64,000 nucleotides of DNA from an uncultured beta proteobacterium (GTDB taxonomy: Bacteria > Pseudomonadota > Gammaproteobacteria > Burkholderiales > Burkholderiaceae_C), in the NCBI GenBank assembly GCA_963750815.1, contig CAVVRS010000002.1, positions 381,442 through 445,441 of the forward strand. Reading direction: 5' to 3'. A program made the translations under genes and the position numbers. The notes below the pieces were generated by a model. That model worked only from the letters and a program-made list of their open reading frames with translations, did not search any database and was not told the DNA's origin. Below, piece by piece: positions 1-8,902 of the stretch; the stretch's first letter is position 1; every line of letters begins with the position of its first letter.

Positions 1-81
1 AAAACGTTGAACGTCGGGCTCCAGACGCTGGTTGAAAGGCGTCAGGACCGGGGCGAATACGCCCCGCAGTCGGGTGCTCAT
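1..81 (-). CDS. Dihydrodipicolinate synthase (DapA) family protein, N-terminal 27 codons only; the gene runs off the left edge
   Basis: The reverse strand reads ATG at 81-79, then MSTRLRGVFAPVLTPFNQRLEPDVQRF. This resembles the N-terminus of DapA/HpaI-type aldolases. A GAGGAA Shine-Dalgarno-like motif lies 8 nt upstream. Confidence 0.4.
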   Translation of the reverse strand, partial: MSTRLRGVFAPVLTPFNQRLEPDVQRF

Positions 82-209
82 GATGCGTTTTCCTCAACGG
101 AGAATGAAACCGGGGGCAGATGCGCCAATGTAGCACCCCGACGCAAGGCGCCGTGCCCGTCAAAAAACCCCCGAAACGCTCAAAAAACACTCAAAATATA
201 TACAAAACA

Positions 210-258
210 GGGCTGTAAGCCCCGTCTGGTATGCGTAGACAGCTATCTATTTTATAGC
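210..258 (-). repeat. Copy A of a ~49-bp double-hairpin repeat (REP/MITE-like)
   Basis: GGGCTGTAAGCCCCGTCTGGTATGCGTAGACAGCTATCTATTTTATAGC. Its reverse complement matches copy B at roughly 84%. Terminal hairpins are GGGCT.gta.AGCCC and AGCTAT.ctatttt.ATAGCT. It overlaps the stop codon at 252-254. Confidence 0.7.
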
Positions 259-866
259 TTGCCGAATTTGGTCTGGGCTGCGGTGACGCAGCTGCCTTTG
301 GCCGCGCCAGCCAAAGCGTCGCATTTTTCGATGGCGACAGCGTAATTGGCGTCGGTCTTTTCAGCCGTTGCGTCTTTGCGTGCGTCAACGCCTTTTTTGC
401 TGGCGGTGCTTTGCGCATTACTGGTTTTTTCAGTGGCCACTGCGTTTGCGTCAACCGTCTTGAGTTGTGCCTTGGCGTCGGCTTTGGCGGCTACCTCTAT
501 CGCCTTGGCTTCCTTCACACAGACGTCTTTCACGTTGCCCGCCTTGTCATTGCATTTTTGCCTGGCCAGCAGGTAGTCGGCGTCAGCCCTGGCAACACGC
601 AGTTTGTAGCTGGCGTTGTCTGAAGGTTTGAACCGCGACCGCAACTCGGCCTTGGCGACTTTGTCTTTGCCACTGGCATCTGCCTGACAGATGTCTTTGG
701 CATTGCCGGACAGCGCGGCGCAGGTGGCCTTGGCGCTCTTGTACTCGGCGGCAATGCTGCTCTTGCCCGCCTTGTATTGGTCGCGCGACATGCTCTGCGC
801 CATGGCGCCGGCACTGAATGCGAGACTGATGGCCACTGCAATGACCTTGATATTGAACTTGTTCAT
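252..866 (-). CDS. Secreted Ala/Lys-rich protein with three internal Cys-pair repeats; function unknown
   Basis: Signal peptide MNKFNIKVIAVAISLAFSAGAMA. Three copies of a Y-x6-C-x9-10-C module are present (ATCAALSGNAKDIC, QKCNDKAGNVKDVC, EKCDALAGAAKGSC). Confidence 0.6.
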   Translation of the reverse strand: MNKFNIKVIAVAISLAFSAGAMAQSMSRDQYKAGKSSIAAEYKSAKATCAALSGNAKDICQADASGKDKVAKAELRSRFKPSDNASYKLRVARADADYLLARQKCNDKAGNVKDVCVKEAKAIEVAAKADAKAQLKTVDANAVATEKTSNAQSTASKKGVDARKDATAEKTDANYAVAIEKCDALAGAAKGSCVTAAQTKFGKL

Positions 867-945
867 GTGATTTTCCTTGGTTGGTTAATTTGGTGGACAC
901 CCCCTGCGGGCCCAGGTCCGAGATGGCGCCCGGCGGGTTGCCGGG

Positions 946-1164
946 TTATCTGAGGTTGTTGCTTGCCTTGAGGCGTTTGTTCCAGTTGCTGAGCTGCTTG
1001 TGCTGCTCGTCCCGGGAAACACCCAGGCGCTCCTGAATCCTGCCGGCCAGTTGATCACGCCGACCGGCCAGCACATGCAGGTGATCGTCGGTGAGCTTGC
1101 CCCATTGCTGCTGGACACTGCCCTTGAGTTGATGCCAGTTGCCTTCAATGCGATCCATGTTCAT
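946..1164 (-). CDS. CsbD-family general stress protein
   Basis: MNMDRIEGNWHQLKGSVQQQWGKLTDDHL..AGRRDQLAGRIQERLG is a typical CsbD signature. I chose the internal ATG at 1164; the upstream part of the ORF has no homology-like sequence. Confidence 0.85.
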   Translation of the reverse strand: MNMDRIEGNWHQLKGSVQQQWGKLTDDHLHVLAGRRDQLAGRIQERLGVSRDEQHKQLSNWNKRLKASNNLR

Positions 1165-1432
1165 GTCGGTGTCCTTCAGGTGCGGAGTGGATGGGCCTGG
1201 CGCCAGTGCGGCTGGTGCCTTGCTTGCCCGCAACTTTAGGGCGCGGGCCAGCCGCTGTCTGTTGGCCAGCACACAGAACAGTTCACCGCCGGCGCAACGC
1301 ACGCTGGCGCCACAGCGCCGGGTTACAGATGTTTTGGTTATTTGGAACTGAAAAATCAGTAGTTCCAGATTTGAATGCGTCGCTACAGAATTCGCCCCAT
1401 CGCAACTTTGCTATGAATTCAGGGAATCTGCC

Positions 1433-2442
1433 ATGCGCACCAATCGTCGTCTGTTCACTCTCACCGCCGCCGCGTTGCTGGCGGGCGCCGCCCTGACTGC
1501 CAGCGCCCACCGGCGGTCTCGCTGCTCAATGTTTCCTACGACCCGACGCGGGAACTGTACGTCGAGTTCAACAGCGCTTTTTCCAGACACTGGAAAGCCA
1601 AAACCGGCCAGGAGGTGAGCATCAAACAGTCGCATGGCGGTTCGGGCAAACAGGCGCGCTCGGTCATTGACGGACTGGACGCCGACGTCGTCACCCTGGC
1701 CCTGGCCGGCGACATTGACGCCCTGTACAAAAATGGCCAGTGGCTGGCACCAGACTGGCAAAAGCGCCTGCCTCACAATGCGGCGCCCTACACCTCGACC
1801 ATCGTGCTGGTGGTGCGTGCCGGCAACCCGAAAGGCATCAAGGATTGGGACGACCTGATCAAGCCGGGGGTCAGCGTCATTACGCCCAACCCGAAAACCT
1901 CGGGCGGCGCACGCTGGAACTACCTGGCGGCGTGGGAATTTGCCAAACGCAAGCTGGGCGGCGAAGCCAGGGCGAAGGACTTTGTGCAGGCCTTGTACAA
2001 GAACGTGCCGGTGCTCGACACCGGTGCTCGCGGCTCGTCCATTACCTTTGCCCAGCGCAACCAGGGTGACGCATTTATCAGCTGGGAAAACGAGGCGCAC
2101 CTGCTGGAAAAGGAATTTGGCAACAAGGTCGACATCATTTACCCGTCCATCAGCATCCTGGCCGAGCCGCCGGTTTCCGTAGTGGACAAAAACGTGGACC
2201 GCAAAGGTACCCGGGCCGTGGCCCAGGCCTATCTGGAGTACCTGTACAGCGACGAAGGTCAAGACATTGCCGGAAAGAACTTCTACCGCCCGATCTCTGA
2301 AAAGTTTCAGGCCAAGTACGTCAAGCAGCTGCCCAAGATCAATTTATTCACCATCGAACAAGCCTTTGGCGGCTGGACCAAAGCCGACAAGGATCATTTT
2401 GCCGATGGTGGCAGTTTCGATCAGATATACCTGAAGAAGTAG
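1433..2442 (+). pseudogene. Sulfate/thiosulfate-binding protein (Sbp/CysP family), apparently frameshifted near 1505-1515
   Basis: The signal peptide [25 protein letters not shown] is in frame 2 starting at 1433. The mature domain ([22 protein letters not shown]...[19 protein letters not shown]...) is in frame 1 and runs to the stop at 2442. It aligns with the intact paralog at 16385-17386. Frame 1 has a stop at 1414-1416 and no ATG or GTG between that stop and the GTG at 1615. Confidence 0.75.
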
Positions 2443-2506
2443 AGTGAATTACGCAGCCCGTGATTGCCCGCAGCCCTCCGTGCCGCGCTTGGCCTGGGCC
2501 ATCGAT

Positions 2507-3313
2507 TCAGCTGGCCACCCAGCCCGAGGCTCGGGCCAGCATCAGCAAGGCCACCAGCAAACTGAACCAGGCAAACGCTCGCTGCAAAATTTTGGCATCA
2601 AGTTTTTGGGCGAGCTGTTGTCCGGCCAGCAAGGCCAACACAGCGCCTGATGCAAACGGCAGTGCCACATCCCAGCGCACTGGCCCGTGCAGGGTCGCCG
2701 CTACCACGCCGCTCAGGGAGACCAGCGCAATCACCGCCAGTGAGGTGACCTGGACGCTGCGTATCTCCAGATCGGTGTAACGCGTCAGCGCGGGAATGAT
2801 GACAAAGCCGCCGCCCACGCCAAGCAGCCCGCTGAGAAGCCCGGCAATCACGCCAGTACCGGCCAGCGCGCGGGCGCACGGCAGCGTCCAGGTCAGGCGC
2901 TGATCAACGCTGCTGACCCGACATAGCGCCGCTGGCGCAAGCGGAGTTGACAGGACCGGCCGCTTGAGCATGCGCCAGGCGGTGTACATCAGCACGGCTG
3001 CAAAAGCGGCCAGTAAAGGCCGGTTCGGCAGTCGCTGCGCGAGGTAGACACCCACGGGCGCCATCAGCATGCTGACGGTGCCAATCAGGGCTGCGGCCCG
3101 GTAGCGCACGATGCGCTGACGCAAGCCCAGTGCTGCGCCCAGGGTGGCCGCCATGCCGACCGCCACCAGACCCACCGGTGCCGCCTGCTGTAGTGGCAAC
3201 TGCAGTCCAAACACCAGCATGGGTATGGCCAGCACGCCACCGCCAGCGCCGGTGAGGGCCATCACCAGACCGATGACACTGCCCAATGCAATAGCGATGA
3301 CGGCCGGGTCCAT
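2507..3313 (-). CDS. TauE/SafE family sulfite/anion exporter (DUF81 membrane protein)
   Basis: Polytopic membrane protein with duplicated GxGGG motifs (LTGAGGGVLAIP and LLGVGGGFVIIPAL). Start taken at MDPAVIAIALG, the ATG at 3313. Confidence 0.8.
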   Translation of the reverse strand: MDPAVIAIALGSVIGLVMALTGAGGGVLAIPMLVFGLQLPLQQAAPVGLVAVGMAATLGAALGLRQRIVRYRAAALIGTVSMLMAPVGVYLAQRLPNRPLLAAFAAVLMYTAWRMLKRPVLSTPLAPAALCRVSSVDQRLTWTLPCARALAGTGVIAGLLSGLLGVGGGFVIIPALTRYTDLEIRSVQVTSLAVIALVSLSGVVAATLHGPVRWDVALPFASGAVLALLAGQQLAQKLDAKILQRAFAWFSLLVALLMLARASGWVAS

Positions 3314-3323
3314 TTGTTGAAAG

Positions 3324-4184
3324 TCACAGTGCGTTGAGCGGGATCTTGAGGTAACTGATACCGTTGTCTTCGGCTGGCGGAAAACAACCGGCGCGCACAT
3401 TGACCTGCACGGCGGGCAGGATCAGCATGGGCATGGCCAGCGTCTTGTCGCGCGCAGTTCGCATGCTGACAAATTCGGCCTCGGTGATGCCATCGTGAAC
3501 ATGAATATTCATTTGCCGCTGCTCGCTCACCGTTGTGACCCAGGCCGGTCGGCGCCCGGCTGGCGGGTAGTCGTGGCACAAATGGAGGCGCGTATCGGGG
3601 GCCAGTGCCAGTACTTTTTGAATCGAGCGGTACAGCGTCGCCGCATCGCCACCCGGAAAATCGCAACGCGCCGAGCCGTAGTCGGGCATGAACAGCGTAT
3701 CGCCCACGAAGGCGTCCTGGCCGACCACAAATGTCAGGCAGGCCGGTGTGTGGCCCGGTGTGTGCATCACACGGACTTCCATTTGTCCGATCCTGAACAG
3801 CTCGCCATCGTCAAACAGGTGGTCAAACCCGGCGCCTTCGGTATTCATGTCTTTGGCATTGAATATCTTTTTGAATACCGTCTGTACCGCGCAGATATGG
3901 CGACCGATGGCCACTTTGCCACCCAGCTTCTCTTTCAGGTACGGTGCTGCGGAAAAGTGGTCGGCATGGGCATGGGTTTCCAGCAGCCACTCCAGTGTCA
4001 AGCCCTGTTGCCCGATGTAGCCAATCACCTCGTCAGCACTGGCGTACGAGGTTCGGCCAGCCTTCGGATCGTAGTCCAGCACACTGTCGATGATGGCCGC
4101 GCGCCGTGTCACCGGATCTGAAACGACATGTGTCACGGTGAACGTTTCCGGATCAAAAAAGGACTGAATCGAGGCGTTTTGCAT
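3324..4184 (-). CDS. MBL-fold metallo-hydrolase, persulfide-dioxygenase-like (Blh/ETHE1-type)
   Basis: HxHxDH motif (THAHADHF), HTPGHTP, and GDTLFMPDYGSARCDFPGGD. About 286 aa. Sits immediately upstream of the TauE gene on the same strand. Confidence 0.75.
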   Translation of the reverse strand: MQNASIQSFFDPETFTVTHVVSDPVTRRAAIIDSVLDYDPKAGRTSYASADEVIGYIGQQGLTLEWLLETHAHADHFSAAPYLKEKLGGKVAIGRHICAVQTVFKKIFNAKDMNTEGAGFDHLFDDGELFRIGQMEVRVMHTPGHTPACLTFVVGQDAFVGDTLFMPDYGSARCDFPGGDAATLYRSIQKVLALAPDTRLHLCHDYPPAGRRPAWVTTVSEQRQMNIHVHDGITEAEFVSMRTARDKTLAMPMLILPAVQVNVRAGCFPPAEDNGISYLKIPLNAL

Positions 4185-4272
4185 ATGGAAGTGATGACGA
4201 ATGTTGAGCAGTATGCTACGCCAAAGCACTAAGCAGCGGCGGCAGACTTTGATCACGCCGGGTGGCTTTCGA

Positions 4273-4301
4273 TTGACATTATCGATATATCCGCATACAA
4301 T
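4273..4301 (+). promoter_or_regulatory. Candidate sigma70 promoter for the MlaC-like gene
   Basis: TTGACA (4273-4278), a 17-nt spacer, then TACAAT (4296-4301), 27 nt upstream of the ATG at 4328. Confidence 0.45.
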
Positions 4302-4327
4302 GATATGTATTACCCTGAAAGATCGCC

Positions 4328-4966
4328 ATGCATCGTCATTTTCTGGCCCGCCTGCTTGCTGTTCTCGTGGTGGCTGCGTCATTCCTGCCGGCCTTGCCGG
4401 CGCGCGCGCAGGACGAAACGCCCGATGCCCTGGTCAAACGCCTGTCGACCGGGGTGCTGGCCAGCATCAAGGCCGATCCGTCGCTGCGCAGCGGCGATGT
4501 GTCAAAGATCATCGCCCTGGTGGATGCGCAACTTATGCCCCACGTCAATTTCGGGCGCATGACTGCTTCGGCAGTCGGCCCGGCCTGGCGCCAGATCAGC
4601 CCTGAACAGCAAAAGCGCCTGCAGGACGAATTCAAGATATTGCTGGTACGCACCTATGCCGGCGCGGTAGCCCAGGTCAGTGAATTGACCTTGACAGTCA
4701 AGCCGCTGCGCGCTTCGCCGGAGGACAAAGAAGTGGTGGTTCGCACCGAAGTCAAAGGTCGCGGCGACCCCATTGGGCTCGACTACCGAATGGAAAAAAC
4801 ACCGGGTGAGGGCGCCGGCTGGAAAATTTACAACCTGAATATCATGGGTGTCTGGCTGGTGGAAACGTATCGCAGCCAGTTTGCACAGGAAATCAACGTC
4901 AAAGGTATTGACGGTCTTATTGCGGCTTTGACCGAGCGCAACAACGCCAACGCCCGCAAGGGATGA
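4328..4966 (+). CDS. MlaC/Ttg2D-family periplasmic phospholipid-binding protein
   Basis: Signal peptide ending ALPARAQDE. MlaC-like segments FGRMTASAVGPAWRQISPEQQKRLQDEFKILLVRTYA and WKIYNLNIMGVWLVETYRSQF. Confidence 0.75.
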   Translation: MHRHFLARLLAVLVVAASFLPALPARAQDETPDALVKRLSTGVLASIKADPSLRSGDVSKIIALVDAQLMPHVNFGRMTASAVGPAWRQISPEQQKRLQDEFKILLVRTYAGAVAQVSELTLTVKPLRASPEDKEVVVRTEVKGRGDPIGLDYRMEKTPGEGAGWKIYNLNIMGVWLVETYRSQFAQEINVKGIDGLIAALTERNNANARKG

Positions 4967-4975
4967 CCCTCTGGT

Positions 4976-5719
4976 TCATTCCAGCGCCCGGCCTTCACCC
5001 GCTTCCTCTACCGTCTGCCCTTCACGGATGTGATAGATCCGCTTGAACGTCGGCATGATCTTTTCATCGTGCGTGACCACGATGATGGCTGCCTGCGACT
5101 GTTGCGCCATCCGGTTCAGGATTCGCATCACCCCCAGCGCCCGTTCACTATCGAGCGGCGCCGTCGGCTCGTCAGCGAGTATCACAGGGGGGCGATTGGC
5201 CAACGCGCGCGCAATGGAAACGCGCTGCTGCTCGCCACCGGAAAGCTTTGACGGTTCAGCCCGCGCGCGATGGGCAACATCGAGTGCGCCCAACAGCTCC
5301 AGCGCACGTGCACGAGCTTTGGCGTTGGGCAGGCCGGCCAGCATCGGCAGCAGGGCAACGTTGTCGGTAACGTCCAGAAACGGAATCAGATAAGGTGCCT
5401 GGAACACAAACCCGATGCTGTCGCGCCGCAGCGTGCGCAGGTCCGGTATTTTCCAGGCACCGTCATAAATCACTTTTCCGCCCAGCACCATGCGTCCGGC
5501 GGTCGGCTCGATGATGGCACCCAGACATTTAAGCAATGTGCTTTTACCTGAGCCGGAAGGCCCGACCAGTCCGACCACTTCGCCCGGTCCGACCGTCATG
5601 TTGACGCTTTTGAGTGCTTCAACCGCCGTGTCTCCCTGGCCATAAACCTTGCGCAGGCCTTCGATGATGATGCCCCCCTGGCTGCCGGGGGCGAACTGTG
5701 TATCGGGACGATTGCTCAT
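4976..5719 (-). CDS. ABC transporter ATP-binding protein (MacB/DevA-like)
   Basis: Walker A GPSGSGKST, signature LSGGEQQRV, Walker B ILADEPT. Confidence 0.9.
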   Translation of the reverse strand: MSNRPDTQFAPGSQGGIIIEGLRKVYGQGDTAVEALKSVNMTVGPGEVVGLVGPSGSGKSTLLKCLGAIIEPTAGRMVLGGKVIYDGAWKIPDLRTLRRDSIGFVFQAPYLIPFLDVTDNVALLPMLAGLPNAKARARALELLGALDVAHRARAEPSKLSGGEQQRVSIARALANRPPVILADEPTAPLDSERALGVMRILNRMAQQSQAAIIVVTHDEKIMPTFKRIYHIREGQTVEEAGEGRALE

Positions 5720-5725
5720 GGCTCT

Positions 5726-6919
5726 TTACCCGCCAATGGCCGCAGCCGGGTCGACACTCAGGGCAACCCGGATCGCCAGCGTGCTGGCCAGAGCGCAGAT
5801 CAGCATGGTGACGATAAATCCGGTGACTGCATCGCCTTGCTCCAGCAGCACATATTTTGGAAAAATGGGCGCCCACAAGGTGGCGGCGACCTTGCCGACG
5901 ACAAACCCGATCAGTCCCAAACCCAGTGCCTGCTGCAGGATCATCCCGGCAATGGTCCGGTTGCGGGTTCCGATGAGCTTGAGAACGGCAATCTCGCGGA
6001 TCTTGCCCAAGGTCATGGTATAGATGATGAAAGCAACAATCGCTGCACTGACGATGGCCAGGATCACCAGAAACATGCCTATCTGTTTGGCCGAGTTTGC
6101 AATCAGCTTGGCGACCAGGATGTCTTCCATACCGTCACGGGTAAATACCTGCAGGTGCTTCCAGCGGCGAATAGGTTCAGCCACCTGTTCGGGCAGGAAG
6201 CCCGCCTGAATTTGCACCAGAATTGCATTCACGTTGTGACTGCTGGTTTGCGACGCTTGCACCGCCTCGAGCAAACCTGGCGTACCAGGGCGGTTGTAGG
6301 CCGGGTTGGCAGCAGTACGGACCCGGTCACTCAGAATGGCGTCGTTGTCCTTGAGAAACTGGGCCTCCTGAGCGTCTTTCAACGAAATGAAAACCATCGG
6401 ATCCCCGCCTGAAGACACCATGCGCCGGGTTAGCCCGACAACGGCATAGTCATGGCGGCGGATGCGGATTTTGTCGCCTAACGCAAAACCGGTTTTGATA
6501 TCAACGACAGCCTCATAGTGGCTGCGCGTCAGGTGGCGCCCCGCCACCAGGTAGCCCGGCCCGCCCGGTTGGCCCGGCTCAATGCCCACCACCATGGCAC
6601 GTACCTCGTCCTGGCCTTGCTGCACCTGCATGGTGAAGTAAGTTACATTGGCCGCACGCGACACACCGGCCATGCCCAGGACACCACGTACCAGATCATC
6701 CTTGATGCTGGAAGATTCCGCGTAAGGGCCTTGCGTATCTTTTTGTACCACCCACAAATCTGCACCGCTGTTGGTGAGCAGGGCGCGCGCATCATCGACC
6801 ATGCCCCGATAGACACCGGCCATGCTCAGTGTGACGCCGATCAGCAAACCCAGTCCGAGTCCGGTAAAGACGAACTTTGGCCACGCATGAAGAATGTCGC
6901 GGCCGGCAAGACTGATCAT
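5726..6919 (-). CDS. ABC transporter permease, FtsX/DevC-like
   Basis: N-terminal TM segment, a large periplasmic domain, then a C-terminal 3-TM FtsX-like domain (KLIGTRNRTIAGMILQQAL). Confidence 0.85.
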   Translation of the reverse strand: MISLAGRDILHAWPKFVFTGLGLGLLIGVTLSMAGVYRGMVDDARALLTNSGADLWVVQKDTQGPYAESSSIKDDLVRGVLGMAGVSRAANVTYFTMQVQQGQDEVRAMVVGIEPGQPGGPGYLVAGRHLTRSHYEAVVDIKTGFALGDKIRIRRHDYAVVGLTRRMVSSGGDPMVFISLKDAQEAQFLKDNDAILSDRVRTAANPAYNRPGTPGLLEAVQASQTSSHNVNAILVQIQAGFLPEQVAEPIRRWKHLQVFTRDGMEDILVAKLIANSAKQIGMFLVILAIVSAAIVAFIIYTMTLGKIREIAVLKLIGTRNRTIAGMILQQALGLGLIGFVVGKVAATLWAPIFPKYVLLEQGDAVTGFIVTMLICALASTLAIRVALSVDPAAAIGG

Positions 6920-8121
6920 GGCGTGGCGTCGGCGCTGGCCGGTTTGACCAGTGCGTCGACGATCTCGACACGGCTGTTGTTGCTCAATGCCTTCTGGCTG
7001 TAAAGCACCACCTCAGCACCGGCCTTCAACCCGTCCAGAATCTGGACTTGCCCGTCAAGGCTGCTGGCCCCGAGCCGGACTGGAACGAATACCGGCTTGC
7101 CCGATTCGAGCCGCCAGACACCGGTGTTGGTGCCCAGTCGTTGAATGCTGGCGCCTGGCACCAGTGGTGCGCTCAGGGTGGCCGGCAATTGAAGCGTCAC
7201 TTCCGCCATTTCACCGACAGAGATACCTACCGGCAACTGATTGAATGCGACCTGCGCGATACGCTCTTCGGTCACGCTGTCACTCAACAGCTCGACCCGT
7301 GCCACATTGCCGGCAATGGGCATCTGTGACTGGGAACGCAACACAATTTGCGCTTTCAAGCCGGGTATCAAGCCGGCCGAGCGCCCCTGGTCCACCCGCA
7401 ATTTGATCCACAGACTGGCCGGATCAATCAGACGCAGTACGGGTTGGCCCGCCACGACCGTGGAGCCCGCCTCAGCATCGCGAGTTGTCACAATGCCGTC
7501 GGCTGGCGCCAGCAAACGCACGTTACCGCGCTGTTGTAGCAGCGCGGCCCGATCTGCCTTCAGGCGCGCTACATCCTGGCCTGCCCCTTTCAGGTTGGCC
7601 TGAGCCGCTTGCAGCGCCGCATCGGCCGAGGCATTTTCCTGCAAGCGGGCTTCGAGTGCGCCAGAACTGATGAAGTTCCGTTCGGCCAAATCCTGATTGC
7701 GGCGAAAATTGACCGCCGCCAGTTCACGCCGTGCCGTCGCGTCAAGGTGCTGGGCTGCGGCTCCTGCCTGGGCACTGACCGCCCGCTCGATGGACGCCTC
7801 CAGCGAGGCCAGACGCTGATCCAGATCAACCGGGTCCATCTCGGCCAATAGCTGGCCCGTTTTGACAGCATCACCGACGTCGACCTTGACACTCAGCACC
7901 CGGCCCGCCACCGTCGGGCCTATCATCCAGCTACGGCGCGCCTCCACCGTACCAATGCCAAACAAAGCCGGATTGAATGTGCCCTCTTTGACCTTGGTAA
8001 TTGTGACCCGTGTCGGTGCCAACGGACCGGAACGCAGGAGCACAAAGGCCAGCGCCGCCAGAAGCAGCAAAGCCAGGCTGATCAACAGCAGGCGACGTTT
8101 CATTTGAGGGGAGATGTTCAT
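6916..8121 (-). CDS. HlyD/efflux periplasmic adaptor subunit (DevB-like)
   Basis: N-terminal anchor, coiled-coil hairpin region and beta-barrel domain. A 4-nt overlap with the permease gene indicates an operon. Confidence 0.85.
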   Translation of the reverse strand: MNISPQMKRRLLLISLALLLLAALAFVLLRSGPLAPTRVTITKVKEGTFNPALFGIGTVEARRSWMIGPTVAGRVLSVKVDVGDAVKTGQLLAEMDPVDLDQRLASLEASIERAVSAQAGAAAQHLDATARRELAAVNFRRNQDLAERNFISSGALEARLQENASADAALQAAQANLKGAGQDVARLKADRAALLQQRGNVRLLAPADGIVTTRDAEAGSTVVAGQPVLRLIDPASLWIKLRVDQGRSAGLIPGLKAQIVLRSQSQMPIAGNVARVELLSDSVTEERIAQVAFNQLPVGISVGEMAEVTLQLPATLSAPLVPGASIQRLGTNTGVWRLESGKPVFVPVRLGASSLDGQVQILDGLKAGAEVVLYSQKALSNNSRVEIVDALVKPASADATP

Positions 8122-8212
8122 GCGGGCTCACCAAATAGCGGAACATCGTATTCAGGAAGTCGCTGCCCGAACTGAAAAATGGAATTGGTCATAAAGCGTT
8201 ATTTCTTCAGCA

Positions 8213-8902
8213 ATGGCGAAAGTATTGATGAAAAAGACCAAACCTCGGTATGATCAAAATCATATGAACACAGGCTTTACTCAACTTCACCATGAACTGG
8301 CTGAACTGCTTCCCGCCAGCCTGCGCCCGGTTTGCGTCACTTCAAGCTATGCAAAAGGTGAGCGGTTGTTCGGGGTTGGCGAAAAACCGCGTTACATGTT
8401 CTTTATCGGCAGCGGTGAAGTGCTGCTGGAACGACTGGGCGTACAGGGTGAGTTCATCGTATTGCAGCGCACAAGATATGGCATCGTCAGCGAAGCGAGC
8501 CTTCAATCAGCACGTTATCACTGCGATTGCAAGGCCATTGCGCCATCCGAAATTACAGCGGTGCCGATTCGGAACATCGAAGCCGCTCTGGCGCAGGACC
8601 CTGCGTTTTCAGGTCGCTGGATTGGCATGCTGAACCGGGAGGTCAAGCGGCTCCGGTTGCAGTGCGAGCGGCTGTCCCTGTACAAAGTGCAAGACCGCCT
8701 GCTGCACTTTCTGGAAACCGAGGGACAGAAAGGAAAATATCCTTTGCGTTCTGGCTTGAAGTCATTGGCCGGGGAATTGGGCGTTACCCACGAGGCGCTT
8801 TACCGCTGTGTGTCTGCCATGGAAAAAGCGAATCTCCTGCAGCGCGATGGCGGGTATTTGACTACTCTGCCAACCACTGCAATAGCCCGGGCTACTCTTT
8901 GA
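8213..8902 (+). CDS. Crp/Fnr family transcriptional regulator
   Basis: cNMP-binding-like beta-roll (RYMFFIGSGEVLLER) and a C-terminal HTH (LKSLAGELGVTHEALYRCVSAMEKANLL). An alternative start at MNTGF is possible. Confidence 0.8.
   Translation: MAKVLMKKTKPRYDQNHMNTGFTQLHHELAELLPASLRPVCVTSSYAKGERLFGVGEKPRYMFFIGSGEVLLERLGVQGEFIVLQRTRYGIVSEASLQSARYHCDCKAIAPSEITAVPIRNIEAALAQDPAFSGRWIGMLNREVKRLRLQCERLSLYKVQDRLLHFLETEGQKGKYPLRSGLKSLAGELGVTHEALYRCVSAMEKANLLQRDGGYLTTLPTTAIARATL

Noticed and set aside
7-345. A 112-codon plus-strand ORF at the left edge
   Set aside because: It spans an intergenic region containing the repeat element and the 3' end of a minus-strand gene. It has no start context or homology-like sequence.
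929-945. Hairpin CCCGGC-gggtt-GCCGGG downstream of the CsbD gene
   Set aside because: The stem is only 6 bp and there is no U-tract on the relevant strand, so support for a terminator call is insufficient.
1411-2262. A 283-codon minus-strand ORF
   Set aside because: It is antisense to the Sbp paralog. It shows no recognisable motifs and has an Arg/Gly/Val-rich shadow composition.
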